Positions 63,416 to 64,000 of a stretch of DNA of 64,000 nt are shown here, piece by piece. Under the pieces are notes generated by a model that was not told the origin of the DNA, ran no database searches, and saw only the letters and a list, made by a program, of their open reading frames with translations. This DNA is from Macrostomum hystrix. Its lineage: Eukaryota; Animalia; Platyhelminthes. Location of the stretch: NCBI GenBank assembly GCA_950097015.1, contig CATNEN010000003.1, forward strand, positions 14,694,001 to 14,758,000. Reading direction: 5' to 3'. Each line of letters starts with the position of its first letter. Position 1 is the first letter of the stretch. A program made the position numbers and the translations under genes.

Positions 63416-64000
63416 TCAGTACTCCAAACACGAGTTGCTATGCGCATCCGATACGCTCAAGTTAGATTTTTCGTCTGGCTCTCTCAGCGAGGCAGGTCTA
63501 CCTGGTCGGCTTAGCGCGATGCTTTCAACAGCCTTGGAACCGCCAGCGTTGTCGGCGGTGTCGACAGAAGCAGCTGCTGCAACGGCGGGTCCTGTACCAG
63601 AATTTCCAGCTCCGCGGGCCGCAACAGCAGCACGACTTTGACGATCTTCCGCAGCTGATTCCCGTGGTTGTCCGCCGACGGCTCTAAGAAAAGCCCTAGC
63701 CTTCGCTGAAAGATGAGACAAGCCGAAGGCCTCTTTAAAGACATCTCTGAACTGCTTACTCATGAAGCTGTAGAGAAAGAAGTTGATTGTATTGTTGACT
63801 AGGCCGATGGCGTTCAGGATGGCATTGTAGGTGAGTAGAAAGCATTGAACGCTGGTCAAGTTGAATGCGCTATCGGACAGTACTAAGATGAGGCTCATTG
63901 GAATCTCGTACAGGATGTAGAGCAACAGGATGATCAGCAGGAAGCTGGTTGTTCGTCGATGATCTCTGGAGCGTTTCTCCTTCCGGCTAGACTTGCTTCT
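63416..64000 (-). CDS. Rhodopsin-class peptide GPCR (myosuppressin/sex-peptide/FMRFamide-receptor-like), TM6-TM7 and tail, 5'-partial
   Basis: The frame is open to the window edge: RDHRRTTSFLLIILLLYILYEIP...NNTINFFLYSFMSKQFRDVF. Confidence 0.88.
   Translation of the reverse strand, partial: RSKSSRKEKRSRDHRRTTSFLLIILLLYILYEIPMSLILVLSDSAFNLTSVQCFLLTYNAILNAIGLVNNTINFFLYSFMSKQFRDVFKEAFGLSHLSAKARAFLRAVGGQPRESAAEDRQSRAAVAARGAGNSGTGPAVAAAASVDTADNAGGSKAVESIALSRPGRPASLREPDEKSNLSVSDAHSNSCLEY

Overview
Eukaryotic, intron-containing DNA very rich in minisatellites. It is most likely from a flatworm such as Macrostomum; this is an inference from the MGDEEV...[10 protein letters not shown] actin, a divergent LC8 and the 14-26 bp intronic minisatellites. 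Most long ORFs in the supplied track are repeat artefacts. Manual splicing with GT-AG sites and matching phases gives these genes: a dynein light chain LC8-like gene (+), actin (-), an orphan ORF (-), a 6-exon class C (mGluR-like) GPCR (-), two tandem DTHD1-like ZU5/UPA/death-domain paralogues (+), SNRK (+), and the 3' end of a rhodopsin-type peptide GPCR (-). Mobile DNA comprises a tRNA-derived SINE family (5 copies), several MITE types with intact TIRs/TSDs, a decayed RT-RNase H LINE, a 3.5 kb long-TIR element with Ulp1-protease and PHD remnants, and an 88 bp retro-insertion whose empty site is also in the window. The most striking signal is about 25 unrelated minisatellites that appear to be generated in situ. 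One is built from the LGVTLD codons of a LINE reverse transcriptase at a deletion junction, one starts at a splice donor, and homologous introns of the two paralogues hold different repeats. No CRISPR array, rRNA or intact tRNA was found. All domain and family calls come from motif recognition, not database searches.
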